Positions 1 through 11,976 of a DNA stretch of 46,725 bases are shown here, one piece after another (the first letter of the stretch is position 1; each line of letters begins with the position of its first letter). This stretch comes from Octopus sinensis (Eukaryota). Where the stretch lies: contig NW_021834846.1 of the NCBI RefSeq assembly GCF_006345805.1, positions 1 to 46,725 on the forward strand, in the 5' to 3' direction. The notes beneath the pieces are model-generated. The model searched no databases and was not told the origin of the DNA. It saw only the letters and a list, made by a program, of their open reading frames with translations. The position numbers were made by a program, and so were the translations under genes.

Positions 1-436
1 TTCGTATGAAAAACGAAACAATTTTGAGTGTGGTGGGCTGTTATTTCTAGCAAGATAACTGACCACCAATACGTTTTATAGACGCTTCTTCACTTGGTTT
101 CTCCTTCGAGGAAGAAGTCTGACCAGATCCGGGAAAAAGTTTTAAATATGCTTCTTAAATTGTCTTTCAATTTCGTATGAAAATCCAAGCAACTTTGAGT
201 GTAGTGGGCTGTTATTTCTAGCAAGATAACAGACCACCAATACGTTTTATAGACGCTTCTTCACTTGGTTTCTCCTTCGAGGAAGAAGTCTGACCAGATC
301 CGGGAAAAAGTTTTATAAATGCTTCTTAAATTGTCTTTCAATTTCGTATGAAAAACAAAGCAACTTTGAGTGTAATGGGCTGTTATTTCTAGCAAGATAA
401 TAGACCACCAATACGTTTTATAGACGCTTCCTCACT
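1..436. repeat. 171-bp tandem repeat, about 2.5 copies visible, cut by the window edge
   Basis: TTCGTATGAAAA restarts at 1, 172 and 343 with near-identical units. The third copy stops at ~436 (GACGCTTCCTCACT). Confidence 0.95.
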
Positions 437-3400
437 GAGAGAAAGAATGAGAGTGGGAGAGAGAGAGAGACAGAATGCGTGAGAGAGAGAGAGAGAGGGA
501 AAGAAAGGAAGAAAGAGTGAGACAGAGAAAGCCTAGGGAAGAGGAGGGATATATTAATGTATGAGGAAGCAGAGAAAGAATGAGAGTGGGAGAGAGAGAG
601 AGACAGAATGCGTGAGAGAGAGAGAGAGGGAAAGAAAGGAAGAAAGAGTGAGAGAGAGAAAGCCTAGGGAAGAGGAGGGATATATTAACGTATGAGGAAG
701 CAGAGAAAGAATGAGAGTGGGAGAGAGAGAGAGAGAGAGACCGAATGCGTGAGAGAGAGAGTGAGAAAGAAAGGAAGAAAGAGTGAGAGAGAGAAGGCCT
801 AGGGAAGGGGAGGGATATATTAATGTATGAGGAAGCAGAGAAAGAATGAGAGTGGGAGAGAGAGAGAGAGAGAATGCGTGAGAGAGAGAGAGAGAGAGAA
901 AGAAAGGAAGAAAGAGTGAGAGAGAGAAACCCTAGGGAAGGGGAGGGATATATTAATGTATGAGGAAGCAGAGAAAGAATGAGAGTGGGAGAGAGAGAGA
1001 GAGACAGAATGCGTGAGAGAGAGAGAGAGAGAAAAAGAGAGAGAAAGAAAGAGTGAGAGAGGGAAGCCCTAGGGAAGGGGAGGGGTATATTAATGTATGA
1101 GGAAGCAGAGAGGGGGAGAGAGAGTGGGAGAGAGAGAGAGACAGAATACGTGAGAGAGAGAGAGAGAAACCCTACGGAAGGGGAGGGATATATTAATGTA
1201 TGAGGAAGCAGAGAGTGGGAGTGAGAGTGGGAGAGAGAGAGAGACAGAATGCGGGAGAGAGAGAGAGAGAGAAAGAAAGGAAGAAAGAGTAAGAGAGAGA
1301 AACCCTAGGGAAGGGGAGGGATATATTAATGTATGAGGAAGCAGAGAGTGGGAGTGAGAGTGGGAGAGAGAGAGAGACAGAATGCGTGAGAGAGAGAGAG
1401 AGAGAGAGAAGAAAGGAAGAAAGAGTGAGAGAGAGAGAAACCCTAGGGAAGGGGAGGGATATATTAATGTATGAGGAAGCAGAGAAAGAATGAGAGTGGG
1501 AGAGAGAGAGAGAGAGAATGCGTGAGAGAGAGAGAGAGAAAGAAAGGAAGAAAGAGTGAGAGAGAGAAACCCTAGGGAAGGGGAGGGATATATTAATGTA
1601 TGAGGAAACAGAGAGTGGGAGTGATAGTGGGAGAGAGAGAGACAGAATGCATGAGAGAGAGAGAGAGAAAGAAAGGAAGAAAGAGTGAGAGAGAGAGAAA
1701 CCCTAGGGAAGGGGAGGGATATATTAATGTATGAGGAAGCAGAGAAAGAATGAGAGTGGGAGAGAGAGAGAGAGAGAAAGAAAGGAAGAAAGAGTGAGAG
1801 AGAGAAAGCCTAGGGAAGGGGAGGGATATATTAATGTATGAGGAAGCAGAGAAAGAATGAGAGTGGGAGAGAGAGAGAGAATGCGTGAGAGAGAGAGAGA
1901 GAGAAAGAAAGGAAGAAAGAGTGAGAGAGAGAAACCCTAGGGAAGGGGAGGGATATATTAATGAGGAAACAGAGAGTGGGGAGTAGAGTGGAGAGAGAGA
2001 GAGACAGAATGCGTGAGAGAGAGAGAGAGAAGAGAAAGAAGGAAGAAAGAGTGAGAGAGAGAAACCCTAGGGAAGGTGAGGATATATTAATGTATGAGGA
2101 AGCAGAGAAAGAATGAGAGTGGGAGAGAGAGAGAGAGAACGCGTGAGAGAGAGAGAGAGAGAGAAAGAAGAAGAAAGAGTGAGAGAGAGAAACCCTAGGG
2201 AAGGGGAGGGATATATTAATGTATGAGGAAGCAGAGAGTGGGAGTGAGAGTTGGAGAGAGAGAGAGAGACAGAATGCGTGAGAGAGAGAGAGAGAAAGAA
2301 AGGAAGAAAGAGTGAGAGAGAGAGAAACCCTAGGGAAGGGCAGGGATATATTAATGTATGAGGAAGCAGAGAAAGAATGAGAGTGGGAGAGAGAGAGAGA
2401 GAATGCGTGAGAGAGAGAGAGAGAAAGAAAGGAAGAAAGAGTGAGAGAGAGAAACCCTAGGGAAGGGGAGGGTTATATTAATGTATGAGGAAGCAGAGAA
2501 AGAATGAGAGTGGAAGAGAGAGAGAGAGAGAGAATGCGTGACAGAGAAAGAGAGAGAGATAGAAAGGAAGAAAGAGTGAGAGAGAGAAACTCTTGGGAAG
2601 GGGAGGGATATATGAATGTATGAAGAAGCAGAGAGGGGGAGTGAGAGTGGGAGAGAGAGGGAGACAGACTGCGTGAGAGAGAGAGAGAGAAAGGAAGAAA
2701 GGGAACGAGAGAGAGAAAGCCTAGGGAAGCGGAGGCATATATTAATGTACGAGGAAGCAGAGAAAGAATGAGAGTGGGCGAGAGAGAGAGACAGAATGCG
2801 TGAGAGAGAGAGAGAGATAGAAAGGAAGAAAGAGTGAGAGAGAGAAAGCCTAGGGAAGGGGAGGGATATATTAATGTATGAGGAAGTAGAGAAAGAATGA
2901 GAGTGGGAGAGAGAGAGAGACAGAATGCGTGAGAGAGAGATAGAGAGAGAAAGAAAGGAAGAAAGAGTGAGAGAGAGAAACCCCAGGGAAGGGGAGGGAT
3001 ATATTAATGTATGAGGAAGCAGAGAGTGGGAGAGAGAGAGAGACAGAATGCGTGAGAGAGGGAGAGAGAGAGAGAAGGAAGAAAGAGTGAGAGAGAGAAA
3101 CCCTAGGGAAGGGGAGGGATATATTAATGTATGAGGAAGCAGAGAAAGAATGAGAGTGGAGAGAGAGAGAGAATGCGTGAGAGAGAGAGAGAGAAAGAAA
3201 GGAAGAAAGAGTGAGAGAGAGAAACCCTAGGGAAGGGGAGGGATATATTAATGTATGAGGAAGCAGAGAAAGAATGAGAGTGGGAGAGAGAGAGAGAGAC
3301 AGAATGCGTGAGAGAGAGAGAGAGAGAGATAGAAAGGATGAAAGAGTGAGAGAGAGAAAGCCTAGGGAAGGGGAGGGATATATTAATGTATGAGGAAGCA

Positions 3401-5060
3401 GAGAGGGGGAGTGAGTGTGGGAGATAGAGAGAGACAGAATGCGTGAGAGAGAGAGAGAGAGAGAAAGAAAGGAAGAGAGAGTGAGAGAGAGAAACCCTAG
3501 GGAAGGGGAGGGATATATTAATGTATGAGGAAGCAGAGAAAGAATGAGAGTGGGAGAGAGAGAGAGAGAGAGAGAGAGAATGCGTGAGAGAGATAGAGAG
3601 AGAGATAGAAAGGAAGAAAGAGTGAGAGAGAGAAACTCTTGGGAAGGGGAGGGATATATGAATGTATGAAGAAGCAGAGAGGGGGAGTGAGAGTGGGAGA
3701 GAGAGGGAGACAGACTGCGTGAGAGAGAGGGAGAGAGAGAGAGAAAGGAAGAAAGGGAACGAGAGAGAGAAAGCCTAGGGAAGGGGAGGCATATATTAAT
3801 GTATGAGGAAGCAGAGAAAGAATGAGAGTGGGCTAGAGAGAGAGACAGAATGCGTGAGAGAGAGAGAGAGATAGAAAGGAAGAAAGAGTGAGAGAGAGAA
3901 AGCCTAGGGAAGGGGAGGGATATATTAATGTATGAGGAAGTAGAGAAAGAATGAGAGTGGGAGAGAGAGAGAGAACAGAATGCGTGAGAGAGAGATAGAA
4001 TAGAAAAAAGGAAGAAAGAAGTGAGTGAGAGAAAACCCAGGGAGGGGAGGGATATATTAATGTATGAGGAAGCAAGAGTGGGAGAGGAGAGAGGACAGAG
4101 CGATCGTGAGAGAGGGAGAGAGAGAGAGAAAGGAGAAAAGAGTGAGAGAGAGAACCCCTAGGGAAGGGGAGGTATATATTAATGTATGAGGAAGCAGAGA
4201 GTGGGAGAGAGAGAGAGACAGAATGCGAGAGAGAGGAGAGAGAAAGAGAAAGGAAGAAGATTGAGAGAGAGAACCAAACCCAGGGAAGGGGAGGGATATA
4301 TTAATGTATGAGGAAGCAGAGAAAAGAATGAGAGTGGGAGGAGAGAGAGAGAGACAGAATGAGTGAGAGTGAGAGAGAGAGAGAGTGAGAAAGAAAGGAA
4401 GAAAGAGTGAGAGAGAGAAAGCCTAGGGAAGGGGAGGGATATATTAATGTATGAGGAAGGAGAGAAAGAATGAGAGTAGGAGAGAGAGAAGAGAGAGAAA
4501 GAAAGGAAGAAAGAGTGAGAGAGAGAAAGCCTAGGGAAGGGGAGGGATATATTAATGTATGAGGAAGCAGAGAAAGAATGAGAGAGTGGGGAGAGAGAGA
4601 GAGACAGAATGCGTGAGAGAGAGAGAAGAGAGAGAAAGAAAGGAAGAAAGAGTGAGAGAGAGAAAGCCTAGGGAAGGGGAGGGATATATTAATGTATGAG
4701 GAAGGAGAGAAAGAATGAGAGTGGAGAGAGAGAGAGAGAGAGAAAGAAAGGAAGAAAGAGTGAGAGAGAGAAAGCCTAGGGAAGGGGAGGGATATATTAA
4801 TGTATGAGGAAGGAGAGAAAGAATGAGAGTGGGAGAGAGAGAGAGAGACAGAATGCGTGAGAGAGAGAGAGAAAGAGAAAGAGAGAAGGAATGGAAAAAG
4901 AGAGATAGAGAAATCTAGGGGAGAGGAGGGATACAATAATGTGTGGGGTGCTGAGAGGGAAAGAAAAAGGAGAGAAAACCTAAGGAAGGGGAGGGATATA
5001 TTAATATATGAAGTAGCAGAGAGAGTGTGAGAGTGAGTGAGTGCGTGAGAGAGAGACAGA
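437..5060. repeat. GA-rich compound minisatellite, unit ~120 bp, roughly 35-40 copies, degenerating to ~5360
   Basis: Recurring core AAACCCTAGGGAAGGGGAGGGATATATTAATGTATGAGGAAGCAGAG plus variable (GA)n and ACAGAATGCGTG. The minus-strand ORFs here are low-complexity artefacts. Confidence 0.95.
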
Positions 5061-5595
5061 GAGAGGGGGGACTGATATATATACGTTTAGGAAGTGAGGG
5101 AGAGGATGAGGTGAACGATAGAGTAAGGCAGGCGGGGTGGTTAAACATGAATATATAATGAGGTGCTGAGAGAAAGGAGAGAAAGAGGGAGAAGTGGGAG
5201 GATATGTTTTGAGGGAGGGAGAACGAAAATGCTATTTGTGTTTAATAAGAAAGAGAGAAGGGGAGGGGGGAAGCATTGGGTAATTTATGATGAGGTGAAA
5301 GCGGAGGAGAGAAAGAAGAGAGAGAGAGAGACATAGAAAGAGGGAGAGAGCGCGAGAGAATAATAAATGTATTTACCAATAGAGGAAGAGTATGAGTTAA
5401 TAAAGGAAGCAAAAATGGGCGGAGTCACGTATACGATGTAGTGGGAGGAGTCAACGTTGAATCGGTAAGAATAATAACTCTTATTACATCCCTTTTACTT
5501 TAAATTCTATTGTTTTCTTTTATGCGAAATAAAATCTGTTTTTCTGCGCAGTTTGTGAAGATTTCCAAATATGATTTCATGCAAATAATAGATCG

Positions 5596-6083
5596 AAGTG
5601 TTAGACATACAGCATCTCGAAAGAGTCCAGAAGCTGGCTACCCGCATGGTTCATGGTCTCAAAAATTTGTCCTACGAAGAAAGGCTGAGGACGCTCGACC
5701 TTTATTCTCTTGAAAAACGCCGCGGCCGTGGTGATCTCATTCTCGCCCACAACATCATAAGCGGAAAGTGTAACCTCTCGAAAGAGCTGTTCTTCACTCC
5801 TGCTCCAGAGCGTCGGCTGCGGGGTCATTCCGAAAAGCTCTACCTGCGACGATTTCATCTCAATCGAAGGATAGGAGCTTTCTCCGTCCGGATTGCGGAT
5901 CCGTGGAACAAGCTGCCAGACGAGATGGTGAAGATGCTGACGACCGCTTTGTTCAAAGCCTCCCTGGACCTCAAGTGGCCTGAACTCTTTACATGAACAC
6001 CACCCTGTACTTAACTCCATGTCTCCCTACATGGCCTTGCTATTTGCTTTTGAGCCAAATTAACTAACTAACTAACTAACTAA
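5596..6083 (+). mobile_element. 5'-truncated CR1/L2-group LINE (ORF2 C-terminus, 3' UTR, (TAAC)n tail)
   Basis: ORF 5598-5996 LERVQKLATRMVHGLKNLSYEERL...RRGRGDLI...RGHSEKL...FSVRIADPWNKLP is the typical CR1-group ORF2 end. (TAAC)5 tail at 6061-6083. Confidence 0.9.
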
Positions 6084-6889
6084 TATATTATCAATAAATA
6101 TCGAACACTTCTCCTCATCACTAATTCGTTTTTCGTTTGACATCTAAAAATTTCGCATTTTTTAATATTACGATTCTTACCCCTTAGCTTCACACCTCCC
6201 TGCAATCGTCACACAGCCTCGATTGTGGTTGCACCTGCTAGAAGCAACAGCCAAATCTCACATGATAAAGTATGAAACGTTTTTATCATTTTTTTTTCTT
6301 AATTTCTTGAAAATAAATTTATTTTTTATTTTCTGATTGGCATTTGGTCAGAAAACTCCAAAGATAAGCCAGTGCCTGAGCAATACAAAGAGGGGAGAGC
6401 AAGAATATGCAAGGCTAGTACAGTTTAGTGCAGCCGTGCACCGGTTGTCGTCCTATTTTAAGCTGCAAAAATGTGAGAGTCAAATACGAGAGGAAAGGGA
6501 TCAGACCGGAAGGGATGTGAATGGAACAGGAAAGAAGTGAATGCCATGGAATAGAAAAAATGTGGACGAAATCCTAAAATTTGCGAATATATTTAGGTAA
6601 TAGGGAAAAAAAGTATGTTTAATTTAAAATGTAATTTCCATTTTTAAAAGAAAGAACATTCTCGAATACATGTTTCTTATAGTTGAACGACCGCGTGTAT
6701 TTATGGAGAGAAGAGGTCGGTTTGTTCCTGCTGTGGGCGAGAGTTTGTTTATTTTAATTTGGCTGACATCCATCTCGATAATGTGTTGCTTTAAGTAGCC
6801 TAGGGTCGAAAGCACGAATCCCGATAAAACCGCTGACAAAATAAAATAAAATCGATTTTCTGTCCCAATTGGAATATGCATGTCAGGTG

Positions 6890-8437
6890 ATCGTCCTGTT
6901 TTCTGGAAGAATTATGTTGCTGAAGAAAATATGCACCAGAACAATGAAGAAATCGTCTCTAAACGGAAAGTGAAGATTTTTCTTATAAATATCCAAAGGA
7001 AGCTTGAAGTTGACAGCTTCGATATCTACAGCCACAATGGTCTTCCTTGACCAGATACAAGAATTGTTGAAGTAGCTAATATTCCAATTGGGCTTAGAGA
7101 AGAAACCATTTTTAAGGTGAAAAAATGTATTAATAAACTTCTGCCAACTTTAGACATTAAACAACGACTAGATTTTGATAAAGCTATCAGGTCCTTAAAT
7201 AGTAAAAGAAGGAAGAATTCTGTTCTTAAATGCAAATGGTGGCACAGGGAAAACCTATGTGATCAACATCATACTTGATAGTTGCTACTGCCACGTCTGC
7301 TATTGCAACCACTTTGCTTCTGAAAGGGAGAGTTCTTCATTCTATGTCCAGGATTTCTCTCAGTGAGACTACAAAATCAACATTAAGACTCACAAAGAGA
7401 GATGCCACAAGAGAATTTGTGCCTCAATCTGGTCTCTTAGTTATCGATGGGACCAGGATGGGGCCTAAGCATCTCTGTGAGTGCCTTGAAAGGAGATTGC
7501 ATGATGTGTGAGACTGTAACAAACCTGTTTGTGAATTTACTATATTACTGTCTGGTGATAGAAAACAAATTCTTGCAGATTATAATTTGTTGATGCAGAT
7601 CCTTTCTTGAGGATTGAGTAGAAATAGTGAAGATAGGAACCAATCTAAGACTTCTTACAAAAGGTCATTCTGATGAAAAAGAGTCTGTTAATCACCATTT
7701 TGATGCTGGAAATGGTGATATTTCTGTCGAACAAAGTCTAGGTGCATCCAAAATCAACCTGCTTTACAACTTTGGCCTGTCAAGTTTATGTGATGTCTTG
7801 CAAATAATTTCAGAGACCCCATGTGGCTTGCAAACAGACCCATTATTACTCCAACAAATGAAATATCACAATTTGTAAATGAATTCATGTTGACCAGGAT
7901 CCCCGGTGAGGTAAAGATATACAGAAGCTCAGATACAGTTGATAATGAAGCTCTGTACCTAATCAAATTCATCAACAAACTCCTACCATCAGCGTTTCCA
8001 TGGACATATCCTCACACGAGAGACAAGAGGCTGCATTAGGTTTTTGAAGAATTTAGATGCTAAACAAGACCATTGCAATGACACAGGCTACGTTATTATC
8101 TGCTTCCAAGATCTTATTATTGCTGCCGGGGTTGCTTGTGATTCTTTTGCAGGATCAATCTCAGGGATTCCAAATGGGTCTCAAGGAATGGAGTTCCCAT
8201 TCATAGTTACCATACAAACAATTTCCTGTGGAACCACTCTTTGCCTTGACATGCAACAAAGCACAGGAACAGACATTTAAACAAACTGGAATATATCTTC
8301 CAACACAATTCTTCTCCCGTGGTCAGCTGTAAGTTTCACTTTCTAGAGTTTGGATGAAGCCTAATGTAAAACTATTGGCTGAGAGAAATAGAAACTGTAT
8401 ATTTACTAACAATCGTGTCTATAAGGAGGTTCTATTT
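6890..8437 (+). pseudogene. Decayed Helitron RepHel, PIF1-like helicase domain
   Basis: Collinear fragments across frames: FLNANGGTGKT (Walker A, 7238-7255), ATSAIATTLL, LLVIDG...CLERRLHD, SGDRKQIL, IPGEVKIYRSSD...FINKL, KNLD..CN.T, FFSRGQL*VSLSRV and terminal VYKEVL. Many stops and frameshifts. Confidence 0.88.
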
Positions 8438-8601
8438 GACAGCAAAATATACATTTTAAGTAAGTTTCACAAAATGGAATTACACTTTCCTTTTTTGGGA
8501 AAATTTCACAGGATATTTAAACTGTTTATATAACAATGGAAGTATTTAGGGAGATGCCGGGGCTTACAACAACAACACCAATAACAAATGAAATTTCAAT
8601 C

Positions 8602-8607
8602 TTTATT
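8602..8607 (-). terminator. Candidate polyadenylation signal AATAAA of the ANK-RING-DD gene
   Basis: Plus-strand TTTATT ~235 bp beyond the stop codon. Position is the only support. Confidence 0.45.
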
Positions 8608-8841
8608 TCCAAAGTTAATCTCCAACAAAAAGGGAGCTAAACAAATAAAGAGATCTCCATGTGGTAATTAGATCTTCTAGAATTAGTAGCCGAATCCTAC
8701 TCCATTCATCACTTATCATCTTAAAGAATGACACATTAGACAAGGAAAACATGATGGTCCTGGATGGAAGGCATTTAATCATATGCCTGTGTGTGGTGAT
8801 GGTAAACTTGGGGTTAAACAACAGCAATATTTACAAGAAAT

Positions 8842-9047
8842 TCAACTGAAGTCTGATAATAAACATTCAGCTGCCGTGTAACATTCGGTTTCGTCAAGAG
8901 CTTCTTTTAATGTTTGAGGTGTACGTTTCGCTGGATCGCAACCTCGAAACCATTTGAGAAGCATCTGAAAGCCTTGTTCCATAACACTGTACGAATGGTC
9001 AATCTTGATGATTTCCAGGTCATCTTGTGTAATATCTAATTCCCTTC
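8842..9047 (-). CDS. ANK-RING-DD gene, last coding exon (death domain, C-terminal part)
   Basis: Acceptor ttttgcag, phase 1. (G)RELDITQDDLEIIKIDHSYSVMEQGFQMLLKWFRGCDPAKRTPQTLKEALDETECYTAAECLLSDFS*, a death-domain pattern (EQxxxMLxxW...TxxxLxxAL). Confidence 0.88.
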
Positions 9048-11904
9048 CTGCAAAAGATACAATAAGAAATAATTGCAAAAGCATTAACGATAATATAAAA
9101 CCTGTGAACAGTAAATTATAGATCTGACAAAGAAATTATGTGAATAGACGAATGAGAAATACTGAAGAAAGACGGAAAATAGAAGACATTGTTATCTGTT
9201 TCTAAAGATTTTGAGAAAAATAAGAAACAAGTTGAAATAAAAGCTGGAATTGGAGAAAACATTTAAAGATCGAATAAAATTGAAAGTTATACATGACAAA
9301 TCTTCTGGTAAACAACTGGCAGGGGAAGTGTTTGTGTGGGCAGCAGTATACGAAAAGCTCAAGAATCAACAAAGACTACCAATAGTTACACCATTTCATC
9401 TATCCATTCAAATGCTTTGCCCTCTCTTCATAGGAGGGTTATAAGGGTAGAGTCCTCAGGCACCTCCTTCATACGATTCTATCTAAAGTAACCTTGATTA
9501 GAAATTCTGAGAGAATTTCCAAGCACAACCAATTGAAACTATGGTTTTTATGCAAAAATTTATTCTTGGTTTAGCCCCAGGTCTTCTGTCAGTTGGCTCA
9601 GCTCGATGAATCCCTCTTTTGATTCTTTCCTGAGACATTTTAATCACATGCCGGTAGTATTGGAGCAGCTGTGACCTCTCAATGCAGAGAAGCAGTCGTT
9701 TGACCTGGAGAGATACCCAAATTTCGAAGCTGCACGCGTTACTCCAGAGACTCCTCAGAGGAACTCAATTTCAGTCGTTTTAATAACATCCCATATTCAA
9801 AGACTGAAATAGTCATCTGTGATGTGGTCCCTCCTATGATTAGTAAATAATTAAAGATTATCAAAATTCAGAAATATCTCGAAAGTGGGGAATGACTTCA
9901 ACGGCACAAAGTAAAAATATAACACTGTTAGGTACATATCACATATTATAGAAGATACCAGCTGAAAAGTTAGTCTTGGAATACTGACTCCTAAAAAGGA
10001 ATTCCTTCACTGGCTGAAGGCCACAATTTCAAAAGAATCTCCTACAGGAGAGGCCCAAGAGTAAGCAAAGCAATGGGAAGAGTTTTAGTTTGTAGGCAAT
10101 AACAGAACATCTACACCATACACCTACAACACTTGGGTCCTGAAAGAATCCCTGCATCCTCAAACATCTACATCATCTGGAAAGTTATCACAATTTATAT
10201 GCAGGGGAGAGAAAAGGGGTTAATAGGAATTCTATATAGTATATCTAATGTACGCAATAGGTGCAGTGGTATCACAGGCAAGTTTACAGGGAGGACGGGT
10301 TAGGGTTGGGGAAGGACTTTTCAAGTAGCAGATACACGGGATTAGTTTGTAGTAAGAACAAGTATGAAAGACATATAGTTTCTCTAACCTAAGAGACATA
10401 ATTAGAAGTGGGTGGGTGGGGGTCTATTCTCAAAGTGCAGTACTTTGAGGAAAAATGGGATGGAAAATGTACAGGGAACTGTTATGTCTACTGGCAACTA
10501 AGGGATTCTGTCTCCAAATGAAGGAGAGATTGCATGAGGTGTATTTGTAAAGTGCAATGTTGCATTTAATGTAGAGGATGCAGGAAAACTGGCAAGAAAT
10601 GAGGTGAGCATACATCACTAGAAGTGTAATGTTAATGTGTTGAAAACCTGGGGTTAGGGAAAACTGGGTCTCAGAAGAATCTGTGATAGTGCACAATATA
10701 GTATAGATTTAGAAGGGATATGGTAAATGAAATTTGGATAAAGAAGTGCCTGGAATTCAAGTGGAAGAAAACAAGCGATTAAACCTGACAAACAACCACA
10801 ACGACTGTGGGAGAAGTCGTCTGACACATACAAACTTGGAGAAATGAACGTAAGATGTTGATTATATTGGACTGGTGTTAATGGATTGATTTTTACCCCA
10901 GTATATGACTGGTACATTTTGTATGACTGCCAGAGAAATAACAAATTAGCAATGTCACAAATGATGTCCTCTCTTAATTTAGATAAATCATTTCTATCAG
11001 CTGACTGAGGGGATAATGTTACGACCTCTTGAGTCAGGGGTGAAAGGTTCAAATCTAGTCCCCCCACACAGCTCAATGTTCTGGTAAAGACATCTCTCTT
11101 CTGGTTCAGTCTACGAACCACGATAGGGATATTGCTGTAAAAAATAGGAATATTGTATAAATGATATTTTATGTTGTTAAACTTTCAGACAAGAGGAAAT
11201 GGGATACTGTGATGTTCATGCCTTTCCAGTAAAGAAGAGTGAAATGATTTCAATTGATAAACAAAATCAAGTTGAGTTTGAAATTTCGGATGAGATTCTT
11301 TTTTTTAACGTGAGTTTCATTAATTTACAATACTGAGTTCAATCCAGCCATGGACACAGTCAACCATGGGGGACTGTTTTCTATAGAGACTGGCACTATA
11401 TATTGACCAGGGACTAAAGAACTACAATCAAAGAGAACACAGCATGTCACACATAATGCAAACTCTCGTGTTTAAAAAGGTTGCATTCGATAATGTGGTC
11501 CTCTTCATCCAAGAGAAAGAATGATGTCACATCTGGAAACCTTCCCTCTTAACTCTGCCAGATTAAAACAGATATCTGCCTCAGCAACAACAACAATAAC
11601 AACCAATCTGTGAACTTTCCAAAAACGTAAACAAACTAAAACATTGTCATTAACTCACCTGTTTAGTCTTTAACACCATTATTCTTGAGTCCCCTTTTAC
11701 AAACGACAATATTAACTCGTCTGTATCTTCTAATTCAAATATTTTACACCTGTGCTGACCTCGGTGGATATTTTATGAAATTTCAGTGATATCTTTACTT
11801 TATAGCTAAACTTTCAATTGGAAACTAGGAATGGAATCTGTTCTCAGTCAAAAGTTTAACTGAAAGCAAAATTTATAGAAATCAATTAGGTATTTTATAC
11901 TCAC

Positions 11905-11976
11905 CAAGTTGCTGCCATTTACCGGCCAACTTTTTGGACACCCGATGTAGATGCTTCACCTCTAGCGTTAGTATAT
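11905..11976 (-). CDS. ANK-RING-DD gene, 72-bp exon (death domain, N-terminal part)
   Basis: atttatttcag / GTGAGT, phase 1-1. (D)ILTLEVKHLHRVSKKLAGKWQQL(G) joins the last exon into a contiguous death domain. Confidence 0.87.

Noticed and set aside
1-436. 171-bp unit length equals primate alpha satellite; tandem units could also suggest a CRISPR array
   Set aside because: I see no similarity to alpha satellite and no CENP-B box. The units are fully repeated without unique spacers, and the DNA is eukaryotic.
3833-5148. Hydrophobic minus-strand ORFs
   Set aside because: They are translations of the GA minisatellite.
5410-5460. GGGCGG / TCACGT / GGGAGG motif cluster as a promoter
   Set aside because: There is no downstream gene (only a truncated LINE follows), and such short motifs are expected by chance at a repeat edge.
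10430-11121. Minus-strand ORFs of 88 and 155 aa in the last intron
   Set aside because: No motif, no splice support, and not needed for the reading frame.
11659-11720. Possible extra 62-bp exon with a CAG|GTGAGT donor between the two DD exons
   Set aside because: It would end in phase 0 while the last exon needs phase 1. The acceptor is purine-rich, the donor is not kept in the homologous module at ~16490, and the DD is already contiguous.
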